A stretch of DNA of 64,000 bases from Candidatus Latescibacterota bacterium (GCA_963707635.1 OY970173.1:1-64000); one strand, 5' to 3'. Shown: positions 18,627 to 28,339, numbered from the stretch's first letter. A program made the numbers and translations. The notes: generated by a model from the letters alone, not told the origin.

Positions 18627-19030
18627 CAATCGCCTCCGAGATGTTTGGTGAGCGTGATCCGCGCGCACCCGTCGCGATGCGCGTAGACCATCTCGTCCAT
18701 GACGGTGCGCACCAGGTGCAACCCGAGGCCGCCGGGCCGGCGCGTCTCGAGCCCCTCGTCGACGTCGACCTCACCCTTCTGGCCGGCGTCGAACGGGATC
18801 GCGCCGGGATGCACGAGCTCGACCACCAGGTCGTCCCCGTGCAGCTCGATCGCCACGGAGACCTCGTCCCCACCGCCCCCGTACTTGACCATGTTCGTGA
18901 ACACTTCTTCGACTGCCAGGTTGACCGTAAACGCGGTCCCGTCGTCCAGGCCGTTCGCGAATGCGAAATCCCCGATGAACCCGAACAGCGGCCCGAGCGA
19001 GCTGAATTCTCTTATGAACGATCGCTCCAT
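18626..19030 (-). CDS. RsbW/SpoIIAB-like anti-sigma serine kinase
   Basis: NLAVEEVFTNMVKYG, PGGLGLHLVRTVMD. Confidence 0.88.
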   Translation of the reverse strand: MERSFIREFSSLGPLFGFIGDFAFANGLDDGTAFTVNLAVEEVFTNMVKYGGGGDEVSVAIELHGDDLVVELVHPGAIPFDAGQKGEVDVDEGLETRRPGGLGLHLVRTVMDEMVYAHRDGCARITLTKHLGGD

Positions 19031-19109
19031 GGGCCTCTCGCGCGGCGGGGGCGCCGGCGACCACGTCTAGACTACCACATCGGCGGGGCAAAGCGGGAGG
19101 GCGCGAGGC

Positions 19110-19529
19110 TTAGTCCTCCCGGGGTCGGCCCCGCAGGCGCTTGGTGGAGGCTCGCCGGCGTTTGGTGTCCACCCGACGCTCCTGGGCGGCCCGGGGCTTC
19201 CGGGTCTTGCGGCGAGGAACCGGCGGGCGGGCGGCCGCGCGGATCATCTCGACCAGTCGCTCGATGGCGTCGGCCCGGTTGCGTTCCTGGGTGCGAAAGC
19301 GGCGGGCGGAAATGACCAGGACCCCTTCCCGCGTGACCTTGCGCCCGGCGCGCGCGATCAGGCGGGCGCGGACGTCAGCCGGTAACATTGCCGTACGCAC
19401 GTTGTACCGCAGCTGCACCGCGGTCGCGACTTTGTTGACGTTCTGGCCACCGGGCCCGGACGAGCGCACGAACGAGAGCTCGATGTCGGATTCGTCGATG
19501 GAGATGGTGGGGGTGACGCGGATCATCAC
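19110..19529 (-). CDS. arfB: Alternative ribosome-rescue peptidyl-tRNA hydrolase ArfB
   Basis: RSSGPGGQNVNKVAT, RTQERNR, basic C-terminal tail. Confidence 0.93.
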   Translation of the reverse strand: MMIRVTPTISIDESDIELSFVRSSGPGGQNVNKVATAVQLRYNVRTAMLPADVRARLIARAGRKVTREGVLVISARRFRTQERNRADAIERLVEMIRAAARPPVPRRKTRKPRAAQERRVDTKRRRASTKRLRGRPRED

Positions 19530-19684
19530 CGGGAGAGATTAGCAGACGCTGCTGCCCGGGCGATATGTCGGGCTCCGCGCAACCGGGCGGGATGCACTCC
19601 CTCGGACGCCAATCCGCAGTCGCGCATTCCAACGTGTGCGCGGGAGGACGGCGGCAGAGGGAGTGCTTCCCGCCCTTCAGGGTA

Positions 19685-22060
19685 CTACTTGAGCAGCACC
19701 ATCTTCCGCGTCTTCGTCACGTTGCCCGCTTCGAGACGATAGAAGTACACGCCGCTCGCCAGTCCGCTCCCCGCATCGTCGCGGCCGTCGAATTCCACCG
19801 AGTGCGGGCCGTTGGATTCGTCCGCGTCCACCAGCGATCGTACGCGGCGTCCGGTCGTGTCGAATACCGTGAGGCGAACGCGCCCGGAGGTCGCGAGTGT
19901 GTAGGCGATCGTCGTGCTCGGGTTGAACGGGTTGGGATGGTTCGCGTGCAGCTCCGTCGTGGCCGGCGCGTCGCCCGCGGCGGTGTAGATCGGCGTGAGA
20001 TAGACCGGCTGGCACACCGTGGTCCCGTATGTCAGGTTGACCGTGAGCGTCTCCGGCTCATATCCGGTCGAGGTGAACACGATCGTCACCGGCTCGCTGG
20101 CGCCGCCTCCGGCGCTCTGCTGGTAGCGGAACGTGTAGCGCCCGCCGTCCGGCACGTGCTGGACGAAGCCGCGCTGGAGCGAGTTCCCCGTGAACTCTGG
20201 AATGACCTGCGTCGTGGTTTCGTCGAGCACGTGTCCGCAAACCACGCCCACCGGGAAGTTCTGTGTGAGGCTCGTGTTGCAGGTGAGTCGGCCGTCGCAC
20301 GACTTCTCGAAGTAGTCCTCCCACGCGGCGCGGTAGCCGGCCACCTTGTCGAGCTGGCCCTGCGTCGGCACGGTCCCGGTCTGCACGAGGAAAATGAAGC
20401 CCTGGCGGAGGTCCTTGTTCTCCGCGGGTTCGAGCGGCGTGCGCGGGCCCTCGACCGCCTGGATGTCTTCGACCGTCACCGGCACGATCGTCCCCGACGC
20501 GGTCGCGCCGATGGTCGGCGTGCCGACCGATCGCGCCGCCGGGTCGTTGTTGGACGGACTCGAGATGAAGAAGAAGTCCTTCACCTCTTCGGGCGTGCGC
20601 AGCCCGAACGTGTACTCGTCGATCTCGGAGAAGAAGTCGATATCGGTCGGACAGGAGTAGATCGGGCCCGAGGGGACCCAGTTGCCACCCTCCAGACAAC
20701 TGTGGTCGACGTCCACGTAGTAGCTCCAGTGCGCGTCGGAGCGGCCGAGGATCAGGTTGCTCGTCTGTCCCATCGCGTCCTCGAAATTCATGAACGCGCC
20801 CCAGCGGTGGCCTGCCTCCTGCCCCATGATGGTCAGGAAGTTGTTCCCCTTGCCGAGCGAACGCGTCGTCGGGCTGACGGACGGCCACGCGTTGATGCTG
20901 TTCATGTTGCAGCGGCTCTCGAGCACGCCGTTGCTCCCGTACTGGCTGCTCGCGTCGAAGATGCCGAGCCCGATGCCGGTTACGTCGTTCTTGATGTTCA
21001 GCTCGTTCGCGAATCCGGACATGGTCTGATTGAAATTCGTGAAGAAGACGAGCTGGAAGAACTCGTCGGGGAACTGCTGGTAGAAGCGATTGAGGAGCGC
21101 CGTCTCGTTGACCAGCGGATTCACGTAGTTGTAGTACTGCTCGTAAACCGCGGTGCTCGCTGCGCTCACATACGGCAGAGCGCCGGAAAAGCTGATCTCC
21201 TGGAGCGACGGTGCCCCGCCCGGGTGGAAGCCGATGATGATCGGTGAACCGTTGTTCTGCGTCGTCGAGTTAATGAAGCTGTAGGTGATGGTGAACGTCC
21301 CGTTCGAGAACAACACGAGCTGCACCGTGTTCGGTTTGACCGTGCCGTATTCCGGAACCGCGTTCCACGTGACGGTAACCTTGGTCGGCTCGCTCTTGAC
21401 ATTGACCGCACCGCCGGCCGCAGGGTTGAGATCCAGATACAAGCCGGCGATCTTGGGCGTGGCACTGTAGAAGTCGGCGCTGTCGTAGTAGCCGGCAGGG
21501 TTCGGATTGGCGCCGAATGACACCACCCCGTTGCCACCTACATACATGCTCGTCCAGCTGGATCCCCCGTACGCGAAGCTGAACGGAAGCGCCACCAGCA
21601 CGGCGCCGTCATCGCCGGGGGCGATCGGCGAGCCCTGCACGGCGTCGTAGCTGAACGCGATCGATGAAATCGTGTACCCGCCCCCGCCCGGCACGTAGCG
21701 GTGGGTCTGCTGGTCGGTGTCGAAGAAGTTGGCGCCGCTGAGCGCCAGCGTCCCATCGTTCTCGATGACCCAGACGTTGTTGTAGATGTAGTCGAGCCCG
21801 GCGGTGGTCACGGGCTGCTGGCGCGCGCCGGCCTCGGCCTGCACGCGAAGGTCGATCGCCCGTCGCCACGCATGGTCGTTTTCGTTCGCCTTGTAGGTTC
21901 CGCACACGAACGGCGTCTCGCCGGCCGGTGTGAACGCTTCGGGCTGATCGCCCGTCAGCGGCAGGTGCCCCGGCTTGAGTTCCGCGCGGGCGTCTCCCAG
22001 CGCGAGCGCGCCGAACGCGAGGGTCGTGCACAGCAGGAGCGGGCGTGGACGGATTCGCAT
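19685..22060 (-). CDS. Secreted protein with NIDO-like region, metallopeptidase-like region and FlgD/T9SS-like C-terminal domain
   Basis: AAGGAGG RBS, signal peptide, LPFSFAYGG...NGVVSFG, GQEAGHRW...HWS, NHPNPFNPSTTI...SGVYFYRL...KMVLLK. Confidence 0.75.
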   Translation of the reverse strand: MRIRPRPLLLCTTLAFGALALGDARAELKPGHLPLTGDQPEAFTPAGETPFVCGTYKANENDHAWRRAIDLRVQAEAGARQQPVTTAGLDYIYNNVWVIENDGTLALSGANFFDTDQQTHRYVPGGGGYTISSIAFSYDAVQGSPIAPGDDGAVLVALPFSFAYGGSSWTSMYVGGNGVVSFGANPNPAGYYDSADFYSATPKIAGLYLDLNPAAGGAVNVKSEPTKVTVTWNAVPEYGTVKPNTVQLVLFSNGTFTITYSFINSTTQNNGSPIIIGFHPGGAPSLQEISFSGALPYVSAASTAVYEQYYNYVNPLVNETALLNRFYQQFPDEFFQLVFFTNFNQTMSGFANELNIKNDVTGIGLGIFDASSQYGSNGVLESRCNMNSINAWPSVSPTTRSLGKGNNFLTIMGQEAGHRWGAFMNFEDAMGQTSNLILGRSDAHWSYYVDVDHSCLEGGNWVPSGPIYSCPTDIDFFSEIDEYTFGLRTPEEVKDFFFISSPSNNDPAARSVGTPTIGATASGTIVPVTVEDIQAVEGPRTPLEPAENKDLRQGFIFLVQTGTVPTQGQLDKVAGYRAAWEDYFEKSCDGRLTCNTSLTQNFPVGVVCGHVLDETTTQVIPEFTGNSLQRGFVQHVPDGGRYTFRYQQSAGGGASEPVTIVFTSTGYEPETLTVNLTYGTTVCQPVYLTPIYTAAGDAPATTELHANHPNPFNPSTTIAYTLATSGRVRLTVFDTTGRRVRSLVDADESNGPHSVEFDGRDDAGSGLASGVYFYRLEAGNVTKTRKMVLLK

Positions 22061-22171
22061 GGGACGGCGGCCTCCTTGATGTCGGTCCATGGGGCGTCGA
22101 AGCGTGGGGTCGCGCTCGGGGGGGTGAACGCACCTCTAATTGTAGGCATTCGCCGAGCGGAGCGCAACCGG

Positions 22172-23335
22172 CTACTTGCGGCTTCCTTCGAACAGATCGA
22201 AACGAACCACGCGACCATCCAGTCCGCCGCTCGCCAGCGGGATCTTCGACGCGGCGCGAAGTCCCACTGCCTTGATCAATTCCCGCTCCCCGAAATAGAC
22301 GAACGCGGTCGACCCGGCGCAGCGCTGCTTCAGGAAATCGCCGAACCCCTTGATGAATTCCGGCATCGCGTCGCGGCGGCCTACGCGCAACCCGTAGGGC
22401 GGGTTGGTGACGATGGTGGCGTCCGCGATCCGCTCGATGGTTTCGAAGGGCCGGACGTCGACGCGCACGCCGCGCCCGCCGGGGAGCCGGGAGAGATTGG
22501 CGCGCGCGGCGCGAACGGCGACGGGCGAAATATCGCTCCCTCGGATCAACCCTTCTGGCAACGGACGTATGCCGCCCTCGCCGTCGGCCTTCACGCGTTC
22601 CCACGCGCCGCGATCGAAATCCGGAAGGAACCGAAGCGCCGTCCGTCCGCGGAGAAACCCCGAGGGCACGCGGCACGCCCGCATCAATGCCTCGCACAGA
22701 ATCGTCCCCGAGCCGCACATCGGGTCGACGAGCGGCGTCGCGCCATCCCATGCCGTCATCGCCAGCATGGCGGCGGCGACGGTCTCTTGCATGGGCGCTT
22801 CGACCGACTGCACGCGATAGCCGCGGCGATGCATCGACCCGCCCGAGACGTCGAGACTCAACGTCGCCCGGTTCGCGTGGAGGTAGAGGTTGACCCACAC
22901 GTCGGGCTCGGTCGGCTCCACGTTGGGGCGCGCGCCGGTCGCGGTCCGGAACTGGTCGACGATCGCGTCCTTCACCGTCAGCGCCGCGTACTGCGAGTGC
23001 CGGATGGTGCTGTTCGCCACGCTCGCGAACACGGCGAAGGTCTGCTTGGTGCCGAAGATGTCCGGCCAGTGGATCGACTGCGTGCGCTTGTAGAGGTACT
23101 CGGGGCTGTGGCACTGGAAGCGGTTCAGCGGAGCGAGCACGCGCGTGAGCGTGAGTGCCGAATACACGATACGGTAGAGCGCCGGCGGTGGCGCGGTAAA
23201 ATAGAGGCCGCGGTAGCCGGCCCGGACCTTGTCCGCGCCTAGCTGCTTGAGCTCGTCGGCCGCGACGCCGTCCGCGCCGTCGGGAATCTGCGCGAAGTAC
23301 GGATCGCCCTGCTGGTAGAGAAACTCGCTGCTCAC
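22172..23335 (-). CDS. THUMP-domain SAM-dependent RNA methyltransferase (RlmL-like)
   Basis: SMHRRGYR, APMQETVAAAML, DPMCGSGTI, TNPPYG; GTGA overlap with upstream gene. Confidence 0.9.
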   Translation of the reverse strand: MSSEFLYQQGDPYFAQIPDGADGVAADELKQLGADKVRAGYRGLYFTAPPPALYRIVYSALTLTRVLAPLNRFQCHSPEYLYKRTQSIHWPDIFGTKQTFAVFASVANSTIRHSQYAALTVKDAIVDQFRTATGARPNVEPTEPDVWVNLYLHANRATLSLDVSGGSMHRRGYRVQSVEAPMQETVAAAMLAMTAWDGATPLVDPMCGSGTILCEALMRACRVPSGFLRGRTALRFLPDFDRGAWERVKADGEGGIRPLPEGLIRGSDISPVAVRAARANLSRLPGGRGVRVDVRPFETIERIADATIVTNPPYGLRVGRRDAMPEFIKGFGDFLKQRCAGSTAFVYFGERELIKAVGLRAASKIPLASGGLDGRVVRFDLFEGSRK

Positions 23336-23856
23336 CACGCGCCCGCGTAGCCGACCCGGCTCGGCGTGGTCGCCAGGGAGAGATGCGCGTACAGCACCCC
23401 GCTGATCTGGCGAATATGGAGAACGTCGTGCGCCGCCCACGCGCACAAGAGCGACGCCGCCGTGAAGTCTTCGCCCAGGGTGGGGTGGTGGTGCGAGCGA
23501 CCCCAGTCGGCGTCGTGGACTCCGGAGAGCCAGGCGAGCGAGCGCCGCCGTTCCTCGAGAAACGCGCCCAGCAGGACGTGGACTTCCCTCGCGTTGAAGT
23601 CCCCTTCGCGCACCCACCGCTCCGGCTCGATCGCGGGCCAGTCGGCGTCGGGGTCGGCGAGGGTGGAAGCGACACGCGCGCGAAAATCCAGACGCTCCTC
23701 GTCGACGAGGTGGCCGAGGATCTCTAGGATCGACCACTTGCCGGGCGCGGGCCGGAAGCGCGCGAGCTCCGGATCGACCGGAGCGACCAGCGCCTCGATG
23801 GCGCGCGCGCTGGATTCCAGCCGCGCGGACATCCGGGTGACGAGATCGGCGCTCAT
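23332..23856 (-). CDS. DinB-family protein
   Basis: PAPGKWSILEILGHLVDEE, WAAHDVLHIRQI. Confidence 0.85.
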   Translation of the reverse strand: MSADLVTRMSARLESSARAIEALVAPVDPELARFRPAPGKWSILEILGHLVDEERLDFRARVASTLADPDADWPAIEPERWVREGDFNAREVHVLLGAFLEERRRSLAWLSGVHDADWGRSHHHPTLGEDFTAASLLCAWAAHDVLHIRQISGVLYAHLSLATTPSRVGYAGAW

Positions 23857-24386
23857 TTCTTCCCCTTGTGCTTGCCCGCTTCGACGTAGGGCTTGAAGCG
23901 TTCGATCAGGAAGTGCTTCCACGCACCCTCGATCACGCTGGGCCAGCCCGCTTCGACGTGCCCCGCGCCCTGCGCCTTCAGGGTGAGTTTGGTGAAATCG
24001 GGACCGACGGCGGTGAACTCGTAGGTGTAGACCATCTGGATCGCGTTGCCGGAGAGGCCGAGCGGCCCTTCGAAGCGAATCATGCGCGGGCGATCGCAAT
24101 AGATGACCGACGCGTGACGCACGCCGTTGCCCTGGTCGTCGAAAATCTCCATGAACGCGCCGCCCGCCTTGCGCTCCAGATAGAACGCCTTCGGCTTGCC
24201 CGAGAAGGTGTGGTCCCACCACCCGCTGATGTCGCCGGTAGCGGCGTCGAAGATCTCCTCCTGCGTGCCCGGCACGGTGACTTCGACCTCGAAGGAAAAG
24301 GCGCTGGTCGGGAGCGTAACGATCTCCGCGCGGACGGCCGTTGTCACCGCGGCGAGCGCGGCCATAACAAGCACGGTGGTGCGCAT
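23853..24386 (-). CDS. Secreted SRPBCC-like protein
   Basis: RBS and signal peptide; DISGWWDHTFSG, IRFEGPLGL. Confidence 0.7.
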   Translation of the reverse strand: MRTTVLVMAALAAVTTAVRAEIVTLPTSAFSFEVEVTVPGTQEEIFDAATGDISGWWDHTFSGKPKAFYLERKAGGAFMEIFDDQGNGVRHASVIYCDRPRMIRFEGPLGLSGNAIQMVYTYEFTAVGPDFTKLTLKAQGAGHVEAGWPSVIEGAWKHFLIERFKPYVEAGKHKGKK

Positions 24387-24397
24387 GCTTCCCCTCC

Positions 24398-25585
24398 TTA
24401 GTATTTCGCGAGGATGGGCATCACTTCGGTCTGGACGCCGCCGGTGACGTGCACCTCGCCGTCGCCGTCGATGAAGACGTCGACTTCGCAGCGCACGCCG
24501 AACTCGGGCAGATAGATCCCGGGTTCGACCGAGAAGCAGGTGCGCTTCAAGACGCGCCGCTCGTCGTGGGTCTCGAGGTTGTCCATGTTGGCGCCGTTGC
24601 CGTGGACCTCCTGGCCGATGCTGTGCCCGGTGCGGTGGACGAACGCGTCGCCGTAGCCGGCCTTGCGGATCACGTCGCGCGCCGCGTCGTCGACCTGCCA
24701 CCCGTAGAGCGGCTTGCCGGCGCGAAACGCAGCGCGAACGCACTCGATGGCGGCGTCGCGCGCCGCGGCGACGACCGTGAACACCTTCGTGTACATCTCC
24801 GGCACCTTCTCGCCCATGAAGCCGACGCGCGTGATGTCGCTGTAGACGGCGCGCGGGCGGTCCAGCTTGGCCCACAGATCCACCAGCACGAAATCGCCGA
24901 GGTTGATCGCGCTGTCCTTCATCGGCACCGGCTCGTAGTGGGGGTCGCCGGAGTGAGGGCCGACGCCGACGATCGGCGGGTGGTAGGTGTTGAGGCCGTG
25001 CTTCGCGAAGTGGTCCATGATCGCTTTCTGCACCTCGACCTCGCGCGCGGGTTTCCCCTTGCGCACGCCCTCGGCCATCGCGCGCCACGCCACGTCGTAG
25101 GCGCTCTGCGTGTGCTTGTCGGCCTCGAGGTGCATCGCCCACACCTCGTCGCTCCACATCGCCTCGAAGACCTGGATCAGGTCCCCCGACGAGAGCACGT
25201 CGACGCCGGCGCTCTTCACCAGCTCGATGGTGCCCGCGTCGACGGTGGCCACGTACGGAATCGCGTTGCGCGGCGAGTACTCCATCGCGAGCTTGCGGTA
25301 CGGCGACGCCAGCTCGCGCACGCCCGCTTCCAGCTCCTGCCATTTGAGGTAGACCGTCTTTTCGCCGGGCAGATGGTCGAGCGCCTTGGACTCGATGCGA
25401 TGCACGAGTTTGCGCGGTGACCCCTTGGCGGGCACGAGGTAGAAGAACCGGCGCGAGTTCATCCCCTTGTCGGTCAACCCGAGGATACGCTGCGCGAGCG
25501 TGTTGCTGCCGCGAAAGTCGTAGAAGAGCCACGCGTCGAAGCCCAGCTCGCGAATTGCGGATTGAACGGCGTTCAGGTCGAACAT
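24398..25585 (-). CDS. M24-family (Xaa-Pro) metallopeptidase
   Basis: GGAGG RBS; DPHY, VDLWAK, YSDITR, HRTGHSIG, FSVEPGIY, GVRCE. Confidence 0.92.
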   Translation of the reverse strand: MFDLNAVQSAIRELGFDAWLFYDFRGSNTLAQRILGLTDKGMNSRRFFYLVPAKGSPRKLVHRIESKALDHLPGEKTVYLKWQELEAGVRELASPYRKLAMEYSPRNAIPYVATVDAGTIELVKSAGVDVLSSGDLIQVFEAMWSDEVWAMHLEADKHTQSAYDVAWRAMAEGVRKGKPAREVEVQKAIMDHFAKHGLNTYHPPIVGVGPHSGDPHYEPVPMKDSAINLGDFVLVDLWAKLDRPRAVYSDITRVGFMGEKVPEMYTKVFTVVAAARDAAIECVRAAFRAGKPLYGWQVDDAARDVIRKAGYGDAFVHRTGHSIGQEVHGNGANMDNLETHDERRVLKRTCFSVEPGIYLPEFGVRCEVDVFIDGDGEVHVTGGVQTEVMPILAKY

Positions 25586-25596
25586 GGTGGCCTCCG
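25302..25596. repeat. 295-bp direct repeat, copy 1 (RBS plus 5' end of M24 peptidase gene)
   Basis: Matches 28028-28322; one mismatch seen (25343 T vs 28069 C). Confidence 0.95.
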
Positions 25597-25904
25597 ATGG
25601 TTGCACCCTGGCCTCACGTACCGCGTGGTACATTGATCAGACGTTCGCGATCCAGTCGGGTGCTGACCGCTATTTCAGCAGCACCATATTCTTCGATTGC
25701 GTGACACGATTGAAGGCAACGCGACATTAGGCGAATTACACGCCACACTCGCGAGTGGCGCCGTCGTGCGACGAACACGAAAAAGTATATCACAAGCGGT
25801 ACGGGCGGTGCTTCCTCACGCGATGACCTCAGCAGGACGAAGAGCTCCGGTGCTGAAGCCGGCCGACCGTGGTATACTCCAGGCCCCATTCCGGAGGTCA
25901 CATC

Positions 25905-27608
25905 ATGAAACTCCGATTTGCGGTTCCGTTGCTGATCCTCTCTGCCCTCGTCTGTCCCCCGCGTGCACTCGCGCTATGGCCACCTAACGGCGTGGCCCTC
26001 TCCACGGCCGTGAACGCTCAGCAGTGGCCTGCGATCACCACCGACGGCGCCGCCGGCGCCATCGTGGCGTGGTCCGACCGGCGCAGCGCCACGAACTTCG
26101 ACGTCTACGTGCAGCGCGTCAACTCCAATGGCTTGGTCCAGTGGACCCCCAACGGGGTCGCGCTGTGTGTTGCCGCGCACGACCAGATCAATGTGATGCT
26201 CGTCTCCGACGGCGCCGGGGGTGCGATCGTGACCTGGCAGGATTTTCGAAGCAACACCGACTACGATATCTACACACAGCGCGTCAACGCTGCCGGGGTG
26301 GTCCAGTGGGGCGGCAACGGGGTTGCGCTCTCCACCGCCCGCAACGATCAGAGCTTCCCAGTGATCTCCACCGACGGCGCTGGAGGTGCGATCGTGGCGT
26401 GGCAGGATCTTCGTCCCGGAGGCGGCGACATCGACATCTACGCGCAGCGGGTCAACGCCGCGGGCACGCCCCTGTGGAACAGCGACGGCGACTCGCTCTG
26501 CGTCCAACCCTTCATTCAGTACGTGCCCGCCATCCTCTCGGATGGCGCCGGGGGCGCCATCGTGACGTGGCCCGACTTTCGAAACGGGACCGACTACGAC
26601 ATGTACGCACAGCGCATCGACGCCACGGGCGGGGTGTTGTGGGCCCCCAACGGAGTGCCGATCAGTGTCGCTGCGTTCAACCAGGCCGTTCAAACCATGG
26701 CCCCGGACGGCGCCGGGGGCGCGATCGTGACGTGGGTGGATTTGCGAAACGGTGTGGACTGGGACGTGTTCGCGCAGTCGATCGACGCCGACGGCAACGT
26801 GCACTGGACCACCGACGGCGAGCCCATCTCCGAGGCCGCGGACGACCAGTTCGCCCCGACCATCGCCTCCGATGGAGCCGGGGGAGCGATCGTCACGTGG
26901 GAGGACCTGCGCACACCCATCAACGGCAGAGATATCTACGCGCAGCGGATCAACTCCCTGGGCGCGGTGCAATGGACGCCGGACGGTGCGCCCATCTGCA
27001 AGGTTCGTGGCGTGCAGACCACGCCCACGATCGTAGCGGACGGCGGCGGCGGGGCGATCATGACGTGGTGGGACCTGCGCAGCAACATCGACTACGACAT
27101 CTGGGTGCAGCGGGTCAACGCCTCTGGAACAGCGTTGTGGACCACGAACGGCGTCGCGCTCTGTACTGCAGACGACGCCCAGGTCGCGCCCAAGATCGTT
27201 TCGGACGGCGGCAACGGCGCCATCGTGACGTGGCACGATCTGCGCAACCTCATAAACTACGACATCTACGCGCAGCGGATCGGACCGGACGGGCTGGTGC
27301 CGACGTCGGTGGGAGACACGCCATCTTTCGCCGGTGTGTCGCTGTCCGCGAACACTCCCAATCCATTCTCGGACGAGACCTCGATGGTGCTCGATCTCTC
27401 CGCCGACGCGATCGTGGAGGTTGACGTGCATGACGTCGCTGGGCGGCTCGTGAGACGGATCGCGAGTTCACGCATGAATGCGGGCGCGCATCGCATGAGC
27501 TTCGACGGGCGCGACGACGCGGGTCGTCCGCTCGCGAGCGGGGTGTACTTCTACTCGGTGCACGCGGGCGGGGAAACGCTGACGCGCAAACTCGTCATCA
27601 GGCGGTAG
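25905..27608 (+). CDS. Secreted protein with eight ~55-aa repeats (probable beta-propeller) and FlgD/T9SS-like C-terminal domain
   Basis: GGAGGT RBS, signal peptide; eight DGxxGAIxxWxDxR...DxxxQ units; NTPNPF...DGRDDAGRPLASGVYF. Confidence 0.85.
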   Translation: MKLRFAVPLLILSALVCPPRALALWPPNGVALSTAVNAQQWPAITTDGAAGAIVAWSDRRSATNFDVYVQRVNSNGLVQWTPNGVALCVAAHDQINVMLVSDGAGGAIVTWQDFRSNTDYDIYTQRVNAAGVVQWGGNGVALSTARNDQSFPVISTDGAGGAIVAWQDLRPGGGDIDIYAQRVNAAGTPLWNSDGDSLCVQPFIQYVPAILSDGAGGAIVTWPDFRNGTDYDMYAQRIDATGGVLWAPNGVPISVAAFNQAVQTMAPDGAGGAIVTWVDLRNGVDWDVFAQSIDADGNVHWTTDGEPISEAADDQFAPTIASDGAGGAIVTWEDLRTPINGRDIYAQRINSLGAVQWTPDGAPICKVRGVQTTPTIVADGGGGAIMTWWDLRSNIDYDIWVQRVNASGTALWTTNGVALCTADDAQVAPKIVSDGGNGAIVTWHDLRNLINYDIYAQRIGPDGLVPTSVGDTPSFAGVSLSANTPNPFSDETSMVLDLSADAIVEVDVHDVAGRLVRRIASSRMNAGAHRMSFDGRDDAGRPLASGVYFYSVHAGGETLTRKLVIRR

Positions 27609-27646
27609 GCGCTCCAGGTAGATCGCGTTCGTGTCGTCTTCATCGG

Positions 27647-28033
27647 TCACGCCAGCGCCGCCCAGCCGGCGCGAATGATCAGGAGTGAGGTCGCCGCGAC
27701 GATGATCCAGAGCAACACCCCCTGGACGAGGGGACGGAAACCGATGTGTTGCAGGCTCGCGCGTGACATGCCGGTTCCGATCAAGAACAGAGTCACGGTA
27801 AGACCGATGCGGCCTGCGTGCGACAGCCAGGGGTAGATCGGCGCCAGGGTTGGTACGTAGCTGCGCAGCACCGCCGCTGCCAGAAAGAACAGGATGAACC
27901 ACGGCCACGCGATCGGTTTCTTGGCCGGGCCCTGGCGATCCTCGCGCTTTGCGCGCCAGGCCAGAACGCTCGCGGTGCCAAGAGTCAGAGGGACGATCCA
28001 CAGGGCGCGCACGAGCTTGACGGTGGTGGCGAC
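27647..28033 (-). pseudogene. C-terminal fragment of a YeiH-like (putative sulfate exporter) membrane protein
   Basis: VATTVKLVRALWIVP, PWFILFFL, LFLIG and GFRPLVQGVLLW motifs; 5' part replaced by repeat copy 2. Confidence 0.78.
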
Positions 28034-28311
28034 GCCAGCTCGCGCACGCCCGCTTCCAGCTCCTGCCACTTGAGGTAGACCGTCTTTTCGCCGGGCAGAT
28101 GGTCGAGCGCCTTGGACTCGATGCGATGCACGAGTTTGCGCGGTGACCCCTTGGCGGGCACGAGGTAGAAGAACCGGCGCGAGTTCATCCCCTTGTCGGT
28201 CAACCCGAGGATACGCTGCGCGAGCGTGTTGCTGCCGCGAAAGTCGTAGAAGAGCCACGCGTCGAAGCCCAGCTCGCGAATTGCGGATTGAACGGCGTTC
28301 AGGTCGAACAT
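27985..28311 (-). pseudogene. Truncated duplicate of the M24 peptidase 5' end
   Basis: First ~94 codons encode the same peptide as 24398-25585, then run out of frame into the YeiH fragment and stop at 27985. Confidence 0.8.
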
Positions 28312-28322
28312 GGTGGCCTCCG
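28028..28322. repeat. 295-bp direct repeat, copy 2
   Basis: Offset 2726 bp from copy 1. Confidence 0.95.
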
Positions 28323-28339
28323 TCGAGTTAGAGGAACGT

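Noticed and set aside
25302..28322. Repeat pair as a diversity-generating retroelement TR/VR or prophage att sites
   Set aside because: Only one mismatch, located at a gene 5' end, and no reverse transcriptase, integrase or phage genes in the window
28327..28336. GTTAGAGGAA shared with 58450-58459
   Set aside because: A 10-bp match is compatible with chance in 64 kb and has no further shared context
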